NCBI GenBank assembly: GCA_964543555.1
Contig: CAZIZA010000001.1
Span: 1-51,327 of the forward strand
Direction of reading: 5' to 3'
DNA length: 51,327 bases
Source of the DNA: an uncultured Pseudomonas sp.
GTDB taxonomy: Bacteria > Pseudomonadota > Gammaproteobacteria > Pseudomonadales > Pseudomonadaceae
Shown one piece after another: positions 19,515 through 28,034 of this stretch (position 1 is its first letter; every line of letters starts with the position of its first letter). The notes beneath the pieces are model-generated. The model saw only the letters and a list, made by a program, of their open reading frames with translations. It had not been told where the DNA came from and ran no database searches. The translations under genes and the position numbers were made by a program.

Positions 19515-21086
19515 CTAGTACAGATCGCGCCGGTAACGTCCGGCTTCGCGTAATGCCGTCACCTGTTGCTGGCCGAGCAGGCCGTGCAGCAGCGCGTCTA
19601 CCTCTTCGCCCATACCCTTGAGGCTGCCGCACAGCAGCAGGCTGGCGCCACGCTCGATCCAGGCGCGCAGCTCATCGGCGGCGTCGCGCAGCAGGTGTTG
19701 TACGTAGACCGGTTGCGCCTGATCGCGGGAGAACGCCAGATCGAGGCGGCTAATGTGGCCGCTGCGCTGCCAGGTGCGTAGCTCGTCGGTGAAGAACTGG
19801 TCGCAGGCGGCGTTGCGTTCGCCGAACAGCAACCAGTGGCCATGCTGGCCCAGGCGTTCGCGCTCGCGCAGGTGGGCGCGCAGGCCGGCCAGGCCGGTGC
19901 CGTTGCCGATCAGGATCAGCGCGGCGCTGGCTGCCGGCAGGTGAAAGCTCGGATTGCTGCGAATACGCAGTTCGACAGACCCACCGATGGGGGCGTATTG
20001 GCATAGCCAGCCGGAACCCAGACCGGGCTGACCGTTGGCGTCCTGCTGCAGGCGCACCAGCAGCTCCAGTGCGCCGTCATCAGGCAGCGAGGCGATGGAG
20101 TAGTCACGAGGCGCCAGCAGGGGCAGCGCTTGCAGAACAGCCTCGGCATCCAGACCGCGCAGGTTGCGCGGGGTATCCGGCAGTTGCCGGCGAGCCAATT
20201 GTGAGTACAGGGTTTTGCCGTCGCTGAGTCTGCGTTCGCCGTCCAGTTCGAGCGCGCGCAGCACTGCCTCGACCCGTTCGGCGGGCTGGCAGGGGGCGAC
20301 TTCGGCGATATCGCCGGCTTGCCAGGCCGGTATGAGGTCTGTTGGCTGCAAACGCAGATGGAAGGCGGGTCGCCCTTGGCTGCCTTGGTTCAGGCAGTGG
20401 CGTGCGAGCAGTTGCCAGGGCTGGTAATCGGTTGCCTGCCAATCGGCGAAGTGTTGCCCACCAGCCAGCAGGCCGAGTTGCTGCTGCCACTGGCGCAGTA
20501 CGGCCGGGTCGCCACGATCGGCTTCCAGGCGGTCGAACAGGGGATTCGCGCCGAGGCGTTGCAGCAGCCGGTCCAGTTGCCTGGCAAAACCACAGAAATG
20601 CCGATATTGGCGATCTCCCAGGCCAAGCAGGGCGAAGTCGAGTCGGCTGAGATCCGGCTGGGCCTGCTCGAGCTCGCGCAGCCAGCGTGCAGCGTGATCC
20701 GGCGCTTCGCCTTCGCCGTAGCTGCTGGCTATCAGCAACAGACGGCTGCAGGTGGGCAACTGCTCTGCGCGCAGAACGTCGCAGGGCAATGCCCTGGCAG
20801 GGATACCGGCGCTGCGCAGCTGTTCGGCGCTCAGTTCGGCAAGTGCCCGCGCCTGGCCGCTCTGGCTGGCGTAGGCGACGTTCAAGAGCTCGCCTGTCTC
20901 GCTGGTGCTCGCGACGGCGGTAGAGTGAGGACGCCAGCTTCGCACGCAGATCCCCAGCCAGGCGAGCACGGCCAGCGCGGCGCTGATGTGCCGTGGCGGC
21001 TGCAGCCAGAGCAGCAGGATGGCCAGGGTCAGGCAGGCAAGGGCGGGCCAGTAGCGCTGCAGGAAGGGGGGGAGTGGAAATTTCAT
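19515..21086 (-). CDS. Membrane-anchored flavodoxin/FNR oxidoreductase (CysJ-like)
   Basis: Two short N-terminal hydrophobic helices; YASQSGQA, SSYGEGEAP, LGDRQYRHFCG, RDYSIAS, IGNGTGLAG, FGERN and GRYRRDLY. Confidence 0.85.
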   Translation of the reverse strand: MKFPLPPFLQRYWPALACLTLAILLLWLQPPRHISAALAVLAWLGICVRSWRPHSTAVASTSETGELLNVAYASQSGQARALAELSAEQLRSAGIPARALPCDVLRAEQLPTCSRLLLIASSYGEGEAPDHAARWLRELEQAQPDLSRLDFALLGLGDRQYRHFCGFARQLDRLLQRLGANPLFDRLEADRGDPAVLRQWQQQLGLLAGGQHFADWQATDYQPWQLLARHCLNQGSQGRPAFHLRLQPTDLIPAWQAGDIAEVAPCQPAERVEAVLRALELDGERRLSDGKTLYSQLARRQLPDTPRNLRGLDAEAVLQALPLLAPRDYSIASLPDDGALELLVRLQQDANGQPGLGSGWLCQYAPIGGSVELRIRSNPSFHLPAASAALILIGNGTGLAGLRAHLRERERLGQHGHWLLFGERNAACDQFFTDELRTWQRSGHISRLDLAFSRDQAQPVYVQHLLRDAADELRAWIERGASLLLCGSLKGMGEEVDALLHGLLGQQQVTALREAGRYRRDLY

Positions 21087-21189
21087 GCTGATCCATAGCC
21101 TGGATGTCATCCAGGGTGGTCGTGATGCTCATTGCCTGCAGCAGCCGCCTGATCGTAGTGGCTGCCGCAGGTACAGCGTGCTTATCGAG

Positions 21190-22062
21190 TCAGGGGGCGA
21201 GCACTTCCAGGGTTGCGCTGTAGCTGGCGCGGCGGCGGGTGGCTGGCGCCTGTGCCTGGTCGCTTTCCAGCTCGGCTTCCAGCCAATACATGCCGGCTTC
21301 GGGCCAGGTGATGCTGACACGGCCCTGGGCATCGCTCTTCAGCTCGATCTCGCCGAGTTGGTCGCGGTAGCGGTTGCCGCCGGGGATCACGCTGACCGCC
21401 ACATCAGCGGCAGGCTTGCCGTCGAGCAGCAGGATGAACTCGGCCGCTTCGCCCGCGAACAGGTCGTTGGGGTGGGTCACCGGCTGCAGTTCCAGACCCT
21501 TGCCGGTGGTGGCCAGCACAGTGTCGGTGGTTTTGCCGGAGGTCACGAAGACTTCCATGCGGCTTGAGTTCTGGGTGATCTTCAGCTCTTCGGCGCCGGC
21601 CGGAATCTCCTTGGCCAGGGCGTCGGCGCTGCCCATCCAGCGCCGCTGCTGACCGTTCTCCTTGTAGGAGGCGAACAAACCATGGTTGGCGATGCTCAGC
21701 TTGTAGGTGCCCTTTTGCGTGAGGGGTAGGTCGAAGCTGCTGCGGTAGCGCCCGATATGGCCATTTTGCGGTTGCAGCAGGCTGCCGTCCGGCGCCTGAA
21801 TCTGCAATTGCACGGGCGGGCGCGGGCGCATACCGGGAGGCCCGCCGGCAGGTAACCGGTCCACCGCGCCGACACCGGCGATGGGCATCGGGAAGTGCTC
21901 GAAGTAGAACAGGTCATTGGAGACGGCGGCGTCGACGGTGATCCACGGTTTTTCGCCGGACAGTACGGTGGCCGAAGGCAACATCCAGGCGCGGTGAGCC
22001 TGGGCGGAGAAGGGCAGGCACAGGGCCAGGGTCAGCGCGGCCCATTTGCAGGTCGTGTTCAT
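21190..22062 (-). CDS. DUF4198-family periplasmic protein
   Basis: Signal peptide ending AQA-HRAWMLPSATV; WITVDAAVSNDLFYFEH and GLELQPVTHPNDLFAGE. Confidence 0.8.
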   Translation of the reverse strand: MNTTCKWAALTLALCLPFSAQAHRAWMLPSATVLSGEKPWITVDAAVSNDLFYFEHFPMPIAGVGAVDRLPAGGPPGMRPRPPVQLQIQAPDGSLLQPQNGHIGRYRSSFDLPLTQKGTYKLSIANHGLFASYKENGQQRRWMGSADALAKEIPAGAEELKITQNSSRMEVFVTSGKTTDTVLATTGKGLELQPVTHPNDLFAGEAAEFILLLDGKPAADVAVSVIPGGNRYRDQLGEIELKSDAQGRVSITWPEAGMYWLEAELESDQAQAPATRRRASYSATLEVLAP

Positions 22063-22073
22063 GGTGATTTCCT

Positions 22074-22586
22074 TCAGGGGGTGAGTTCGAGGGTGATGGT
22101 GCCCAGCTCGTGCTGGCCCTGGGCGCTGGCCTGGCTGCGCTGCTGCGGTGGCCAGGTAAACGGCACACGCAGCAATTCGCGGCCACCGACTTCGCGTGCG
22201 GCCTCCACGATCAGTTGGTATTCACCGGCAGCCAGGTTTTGCAACTGTGGGCTGTCGCTGGCGAAGCTCAGGCGGTGCGTGCCCACGGCGCGGGTGGCGC
22301 CGCTGATGCCATCGACCGGCAGGTCCAGGTTGCGCCCGCTGCGGCGCCACCACTGGCGCAGGTCCTTGAGCCATTTCTCGCCCTCGGCATCCTTCAGCTT
22401 CATGTCGTACCACACCGCCAGATCGGCGGCGTGACGGTTGCCCGCATCCTCCAGCCAGACGGCCACATAGGGGCGGTGATATTCGGCGACCTGCAGGCGC
22501 GGGATCTCGACCTCGACGGTCATTTGCGCCGCCAGCAGTGGGGCGCTGAGCAGGCTGGTAAAGGCGAACAACAAGGGTCTGGACAT
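22074..22586 (-). CDS. DUF2271-family periplasmic protein with FMN-attachment motif
   Basis: Signal peptide; AEYHRPYVAVW, WLKDLRQWWR, DGISGAT and VEAAREVGGRE; GAGG RBS before ATG 22586. Confidence 0.82.
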   Translation of the reverse strand: MSRPLLFAFTSLLSAPLLAAQMTVEVEIPRLQVAEYHRPYVAVWLEDAGNRHAADLAVWYDMKLKDAEGEKWLKDLRQWWRRSGRNLDLPVDGISGATRAVGTHRLSFASDSPQLQNLAAGEYQLIVEAAREVGGRELLRVPFTWPPQQRSQASAQGQHELGTITLELTP

Positions 22587-22596
22587 GGCCACCTCG

Positions 22597-23196
22597 TCAA
22601 TGGATGAAAACGAGCGCCAGCAGCAGCGGCAGCAACAGGCCCAAACCGGTGAGTGGCCAGGTCGAGGGGCGGCTGCCGGCATGGCGGTGCAGGAGCAGCA
22701 GGCCGGTGAGGCTGAACATCACGCAGACTGCGGCGAAGATATCGATAAACCAGCTCCAGGCCGTGCCGGTATGGCGGCCCTTGTGCAGGTCGTTGAAGTA
22801 GGCGATCCAGCCTCGGTCGGTGGCTTCGTATTCCAGCTCGCCGGAGTGCAGATCGAGGCTCAGCCAGGCGTCGCCACCCGGGCGCGGCAGGGCGATATAC
22901 AGCTCGCCATCCGACCACTCGGCGCTGCGCCCGTCGAGGCGCACCTTCAGGCTCTGTTCCAGCCATTGACGCAAGGCCAGCGGCAAACCCTCACTGGGTG
23001 TTTGCTGCAGCAACTGCGCCTGCAACTCGGCGGGCAGTTGCGCCTGCGTTTGCTGTACCTGCGGCCGTGCTTCGATCTGCCCGGCGTGGTTGAGGGTGAT
23101 GCCGGTGATGGCGAACAGCAGCATGCCGGCCAGGCAGAGCGCGGAACTGATCCAGTGCCATTGGCGCAGGGTGCCGAGCCAGGGGAGTCTTGGCAT
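22597..23196 (-). CDS. Small PepSY-associated TM-helix protein
   Basis: RQWHWISSA...FAITGITLNH and NDLHKGRHTG...WFIDIFA; three TM helices with conserved His residues. Confidence 0.82.
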   Translation of the reverse strand: MPRLPWLGTLRQWHWISSALCLAGMLLFAITGITLNHAGQIEARPQVQQTQAQLPAELQAQLLQQTPSEGLPLALRQWLEQSLKVRLDGRSAEWSDGELYIALPRPGGDAWLSLDLHSGELEYEATDRGWIAYFNDLHKGRHTGTAWSWFIDIFAAVCVMFSLTGLLLLHRHAGSRPSTWPLTGLGLLLPLLLALVFIH

Positions 23197-23307
23197 GTGC
23201 AGCGTACTCGAAGGAGGGAGGCGGCGGATTCTAGAGGGGAAATTCTTGCGGGTGGTTCTTATTTACACAGTCTATACGTTCGTTTGCCGATGCCGTTCAC
23301 CAGAGAA

Positions 23308-23333
23308 GCCGCCGCTCCGGATGGAGCGGCGGC
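23308..23333. terminator. GC-rich hairpin downstream of the receptor
   Basis: GCCGCCGCTCC-GGAT-GGAGCGGCGGC, an 11-bp stem just after the receptor stop. Confidence 0.55.
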
Positions 23334-23340
23334 ATTGTGA

Positions 23341-25563
23341 TCAGAAGTCGATCACGGCAGACAGCCAGAGACGGCGACCTTCCTCCACGGTGCCCGTGGT
23401 GGACTGGCCGGTCTGCATGTAGTCGGTTCCGTACGCTGTACCGTCGACTGCGCCGTTGTTTGCATAGACGGTGTAGGCCTTGCCTTTGACGAAGTCCTTG
23501 TCCAGCAGGTTATAGATCGCAGCATTGAACGTGACGTTTTCCGAGGCTTTGAACGAGCCACCCAGATGGAACAGGGTATAGGCCTTGGTGTTCTTGCCTA
23601 GGGTGTCGTAGATCGACTGATTGGTGGAGTAGCTGCCGTTGGCATTGGCCAGGTTTTCGTACTTCGAGGTAAAGCGAGCGCGTTCGCCACGGTACTCGCT
23701 CTTCAGCCAAAGGTTGAGGCGGTCAGTGGCCTGCCAGGCGAGCTTGGCATTGGCCAGATGTTCGGGAGTATTGGTCAGCGGTTGGCCCTTGTTGTCGCCG
23801 CTTTTCTGTTCGCTATCGGTATAGGTGTAATTGCCCGACAGCGTCCAGGCCGGCGCGAAGTTCCAGCTGGCAGCAAGTTCCAGACCCTGGGTTACGGCTT
23901 CGTCGATATTGATCTGCTGCGAGCAGGTGCCAGCCGGGAGTCCGCCACTTGCTGTGTTGCCGCTGCACAGCGGATCTGCAACAGGATCACCGCTGGCGAT
24001 CTTGTCCTTGAACTTGTTGTGGAACAGTGTGGCATTGGCATTGAAGCCGGACAGACTGTCGAAGTAGACGCCAAACTCGCTGCTGGTGGTTGTCTCAGGC
24101 TTCAGGTCTGGGTTGCCGATGGTCACGACCCGTCCCTGGCTGGTGACACCGTTTATGCCACCATGCAGGTCGTTCAGATCCGGAGTCTTGTAACCACGGC
24201 TGATGCCACCTTTCATGGTCCAGTTATCGGTGGTATTCCATACCAGATAGGCGCGTGGGCTTACATGGCCACCGAATGCTTCGTGATCGTCATAGCGAGC
24301 GCCCAGGGTCAGGGCCAGATCATTACGCAGGCGCCATTCATCCTCGGCAAAGAGCGCCCAGGTTTTCTGCTCGAACGTGGTTTGGGCGATGCCATCGATC
24401 ATCTCGGCCTTCCACCACTGGCCACCAATGGTACTGATGTGCGAGTCACCTATGGGGGCGACCAGCTTGGTGTCGAAAACCAGATTTGTGGTTTCCAGCT
24501 CGCGATCATCGCCAGCGATTGCGCCAGGTACGGCCGTTGGATTACCAATGGTGCCGGGGATGGTACGGCCGATCGTCTCGGTGGTGTTGTGCATCAAGCT
24601 AGAGTCGAGGGTGCCGAGGCCCAGGCGCGCGGTGTGGGTCAGGGCGATCTGCTCGCGTTCGAAGCGTAGTTCGTCGGCATAGCCATTGGCGGCCGTACTG
24701 GTGAGTGTGCAGGCGTTATTCAGGCCGTCGAGGGTGCCGAGTTGGCATTCGTCGTTGTTGTACTTCTGGCGGCCGCGTTCAATATCCAGGCCGAAATCGT
24801 GATTCTCGTGCGGAGTTAGGGTCAGGCGTGCTCCCAGATTGTTGGTACGGCCATCGACTGGAGAGGGGCCGCGCTTGCTGACATCCACGCCGTTGCCGTA
24901 GCTCAGGTCAGACTCCTCGCGATTGAACAGGCTACCCCGTACCTGCAGGCCGAGCAGGTCGTCGATCAGCGGGCCGCTCGCGTAGATGCTGGTGTTGCGG
25001 GTATCACCGAAGTCGCGATTTTCCTGGTAGGTATAATCCTGGGTCAAAGAGCCGGACCACTCCTTGCCGACCTTGCGGGTGATGATATTGATCACCCCGC
25101 CCATGGCGTCGGAACCATACAGGGTCGACATCGGCCCACGGATCACTTCGATACGCTCGATGGCCGACAGCGGTGGCATGAAGCTGGTGGAGGTCTCACC
25201 AAAACCATTGGGGGTGACGTTACCGGCTGCGTTCTGCCGGCGGCCGTCGATAAGGATCAGAGTGTACTGACTGGGCATGCCACGGATGCTGATGTTCAGC
25301 CCGCCAGTCTTGCCGGTGCCCTGGCCGATATCGATACCCTCAACATCGCCCAGAGCCTGCGCTAGGTTGTTGTAGCGCTTCTGCTGCAATTCCTCGCGGC
25401 TGATCACGCTGATGCTGGCTGGGGCTTCGGTGATCTTCTGTTCGAAGCCGGAAGCACTGACGACGACGTCGCCCAGGGCGATAGGCTCATTGGCCTGGGC
25501 GCCGACGCTTGCGGTCAAGGCGATGGCGCTGGCCAAGGCGGTGCGGGAATTGAAGGCGGACAT
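23341..25563 (-). CDS. TonB-dependent receptor, CirA/IrgA family
   Basis: VVVSASGFEQKITEAPASISVI, ISIRGMPSQYTLILIDGRRQ and IERIEVIRGPMSTLYGSDAMGGVINIIT; C-terminal Phe; AGGAG RBS before ATG 25563. Confidence 0.92.
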   Translation of the reverse strand: MSAFNSRTALASAIALTASVGAQANEPIALGDVVVSASGFEQKITEAPASISVISREELQQKRYNNLAQALGDVEGIDIGQGTGKTGGLNISIRGMPSQYTLILIDGRRQNAAGNVTPNGFGETSTSFMPPLSAIERIEVIRGPMSTLYGSDAMGGVINIITRKVGKEWSGSLTQDYTYQENRDFGDTRNTSIYASGPLIDDLLGLQVRGSLFNREESDLSYGNGVDVSKRGPSPVDGRTNNLGARLTLTPHENHDFGLDIERGRQKYNNDECQLGTLDGLNNACTLTSTAANGYADELRFEREQIALTHTARLGLGTLDSSLMHNTTETIGRTIPGTIGNPTAVPGAIAGDDRELETTNLVFDTKLVAPIGDSHISTIGGQWWKAEMIDGIAQTTFEQKTWALFAEDEWRLRNDLALTLGARYDDHEAFGGHVSPRAYLVWNTTDNWTMKGGISRGYKTPDLNDLHGGINGVTSQGRVVTIGNPDLKPETTTSSEFGVYFDSLSGFNANATLFHNKFKDKIASGDPVADPLCSGNTASGGLPAGTCSQQINIDEAVTQGLELAASWNFAPAWTLSGNYTYTDSEQKSGDNKGQPLTNTPEHLANAKLAWQATDRLNLWLKSEYRGERARFTSKYENLANANGSYSTNQSIYDTLGKNTKAYTLFHLGGSFKASENVTFNAAIYNLLDKDFVKGKAYTVYANNGAVDGTAYGTDYMQTGQSTTGTVEEGRRLWLSAVIDF

Positions 25564-25619
25564 CGATCTACTCCTGGCAGTAAGAGGCTGCAGTCGGAAC
25601 GGTTGCAAACGGCCGGGAT

Positions 25620-25638
25620 GATAGTGATTTGCATATAA
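25620..25638. promoter_or_regulatory. Putative Fur box
   Basis: Minus strand reads TTATATGCAAATCACTATC, 12/19 by hand count. Confidence 0.5.
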
Positions 25639-25944
25639 GGTTCAATTGCGGATGGCGCCGCTGGGCGCGCCATAGGCCTGGAAGAGGCGTGGCAACTGGC
25701 GTACAGGGAGATGTAAATTTTGTAAGTACGAATGATTCTTGAGTGCGGAGGGTGCTTCGAATCTCTTTTTGCCTGGCGGGGCAGGCTGTATGCGCTGTGA
25801 CTGGGCGTTGTGCCCGATCAAGGATGCGGCATAGCGAATGTAACGAGCTCAGGGAGACGGCAAACAGCTAATCATCCTCAAGCCCGCGCGCGTCCAGATG
25901 CTTCCCGCTATCTGGATGCCCGCCTGCGCGGGCCAGGGCATTTC

Positions 25945-26235
25945 CTAGCAGGCTTGCCAGTCCAGGGTCAGCGCTTGCTGCCAGGCGAAGCGCTCGAAGT
26001 GACTGGTGACTACGCCCTGCAGGCGCTGCAGGTCTTCGTTGTTGTCGCTGTGTACCTGCAGGCGCAATCCCTGATTTTCTGCCTTGAGGGTGGCCAGGCC
26101 TGAGGTGAACATGATGCTGCCCTGATGCTCGTCGAAGCTGACCGGGATCTTGTGCGCGAAATGCTTACAGAGCCGGCTGATGTAGCGCGCCGGGGTGTCG
26201 GTTGCGACGAAGGCACTGCTGCTGAATGACGTCAT
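25945..26235 (-). CDS. DUF2218-family small protein (second copy)
   Basis: PARYISRLCKHFAHKI...LQGVVTSHFERFA; AGGAGG RBS. Confidence 0.85.
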   Translation of the reverse strand: MTSFSSSAFVATDTPARYISRLCKHFAHKIPVSFDEHQGSIMFTSGLATLKAENQGLRLQVHSDNNEDLQRLQGVVTSHFERFAWQQALTLDWQAC

Positions 26236-26277
26236 GATGAAACCTCCTGAAGCACGATTGTCGTGTGAGTAGGGCGT

Positions 26278-26919
26278 TCAGTACGCCAGGGTAAAACGCT
26301 GACGGATATGCTGTGGCTGCTCGGTCTCGTCGAGCAGCGCCACGGCCAGGTCGGCGACCGAAATGCTGCCCGGCTCCTCGCCATTGCTCAGCAATGTGTC
26401 ACGGCCCAGGCGAAACTTGCCGGTGCGTGGGCCTGGAACCAGCAGGGCGGCGGGGGAGAGCAACGTCCACTCCAGCGCCTGTTCATCACGCAGGATGTTC
26501 AGCACCTGGCGTGCACCCTCGGCCCCTTCCCTGTACTCGGCGGGGAAATCAGGCGTGTCGATCAACTGAACGCCGGGCGCAACGTACAGGCTGCCGGCAC
26601 CGCCGACCACCAGCAGGCGCCTGATGCCGGCCTGCTTGGTCGCCGCGATGATCGAGCGGCTACCTGCGATGAACTGTTCACGGATGTCCGCCACGGCCCA
26701 ACCCGGGTTGAATGCGCTGAGCACCACGTCATGCCCGTGTAACTGCTCGCTCAGGGTGGCGCTGTTGTGTACGTCAGCTTGAACGGGGGTGAGCCGAGGG
26801 TGTGCGGCCAGTTTATGTGGATGGCGCACCAGAGCACTGACCTGATGGCCACGGTTCAGTGCCTCTTCCAGTAGCGGTGTGCCGACGTAACCTGTGGCAC
26901 CGATCAGTGCGATTTTCAT
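26278..26919 (-). CDS. NAD(P)-dependent oxidoreductase (putative NADH-flavin reductase, atypical SDR)
   Basis: MKIALIGATGYVG Rossmann motif; RLLVVGGAGSL, WTLLSPAA and ISVADLAVA. Confidence 0.88.
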   Translation of the reverse strand: MKIALIGATGYVGTPLLEEALNRGHQVSALVRHPHKLAAHPRLTPVQADVHNSATLSEQLHGHDVVLSAFNPGWAVADIREQFIAGSRSIIAATKQAGIRRLLVVGGAGSLYVAPGVQLIDTPDFPAEYREGAEGARQVLNILRDEQALEWTLLSPAALLVPGPRTGKFRLGRDTLLSNGEEPGSISVADLAVALLDETEQPQHIRQRFTLAY

Positions 26920-27016
26920 GGAAACCTCGTTCAAGTGAAGGTGGTACATCATCGCTGCTGGATAAACATGGGAAAAAGTGGCCTTATGCACTTGGATAAT
27001 TAAGCAGGGCTTCATA

Positions 27017-27904
27017 ATGGAGCAGCTCAAACGTATGGCGCTGTTCGCCACGGTGGTCGCCAGGGGGTCGATGGTTGGCGCTGCCGAAACCCTTGGTATG
27101 ACGGCTTCGGCGGTCAGCCAGCAGGTTCGCCGGCTCGAAGAGGCCACCGGTGTCACCTTGCTGCACCGCACCACCCGTAAGCTGACCCTGACCGAAGCGG
27201 GCGCGACCTTCTACGAGAGCTGCCGGCAGATCGTCGAACTGGCTCAGCAGGCCGAGCAGCGCCTGGCCGAGCAGCGTGATGCCCCGGTTGGGGAGTTGCG
27301 CGTCGCCGCACCGGTTGGCTTTTCCGGGCCGCTGTTGTGCGAGGCGTTGTCACCCTTGCTCAGTGCTCATCCCGGGCTGAGCCTGAGCCTGTTCTTTCAT
27401 GACGAGCAGATCGATCTGATCGAGTCACGTATCGACCTGGCCATTCGCGTCGGCCTGCAGGAAGACTCCAGCCTGATCGCCCGTCATGTCACCGATTGGC
27501 GCATCCTGCCGTGCGCTGCGCCGGCCTATCTGGCACGTAACTGTATGCCCGTGGCACCCGAGCAGTTGCTCAGGCTCGACTGGATCGGCCTGCGGCATGA
27601 GCGCAGCCAGCACCTGAACCTGCATGGGCCGGCAGGCACACAGCAACGCCTGCGCCTGGAAACACGCATCAGCTGCAACAACATCCTGGCTGTGCGCCAG
27701 TTCACCCTGGCGGGGATGGGGGTATCGCTGCAGCCCGAGCCGGAGATCCGTGATTTGCTCGGTCGTGGTGAGCTGCTGCCCTTGCTGTCAGACTGGCGCC
27801 CGGAGCCCATTGGCCTCTATCTCGTCACGCCTCGGCGCGATGCTCAGCCGGCCAAGGTGCGCTACGCCATGGACGCGCTCAGGCGGCATCTGCTCAATGC
27901 CTGA
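27017..27904 (+). CDS. LysR-family regulator, divergent from the oxidoreductase
   Basis: HTH AAETLGMTASAVSQQVRRLE...LLHRTTRKLTLTEAG; IDLAIRVG. Confidence 0.92.
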   Translation: MEQLKRMALFATVVARGSMVGAAETLGMTASAVSQQVRRLEEATGVTLLHRTTRKLTLTEAGATFYESCRQIVELAQQAEQRLAEQRDAPVGELRVAAPVGFSGPLLCEALSPLLSAHPGLSLSLFFHDEQIDLIESRIDLAIRVGLQEDSSLIARHVTDWRILPCAAPAYLARNCMPVAPEQLLRLDWIGLRHERSQHLNLHGPAGTQQRLRLETRISCNNILAVRQFTLAGMGVSLQPEPEIRDLLGRGELLPLLSDWRPEPIGLYLVTPRRDAQPAKVRYAMDALRRHLLNA

Positions 27905-28034
27905 TGTGGCGCCTCCTACAATCTATGCCCCCACGGACTGGCATCTGCCTCGGGAGCCTTTGAACGGGTGCCTGGCTGTGCGAGGATGCATGGTGATATT
28001 CCCTTGTGCCAGACAGGACCCGTGATCCACACCG

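Noticed and set aside
19515-21086. Annotation as true sulfite reductase cysJ
   Set aside because: There is no cysI or cysH nearby, and the membrane anchor and iron-uptake context point elsewhere.
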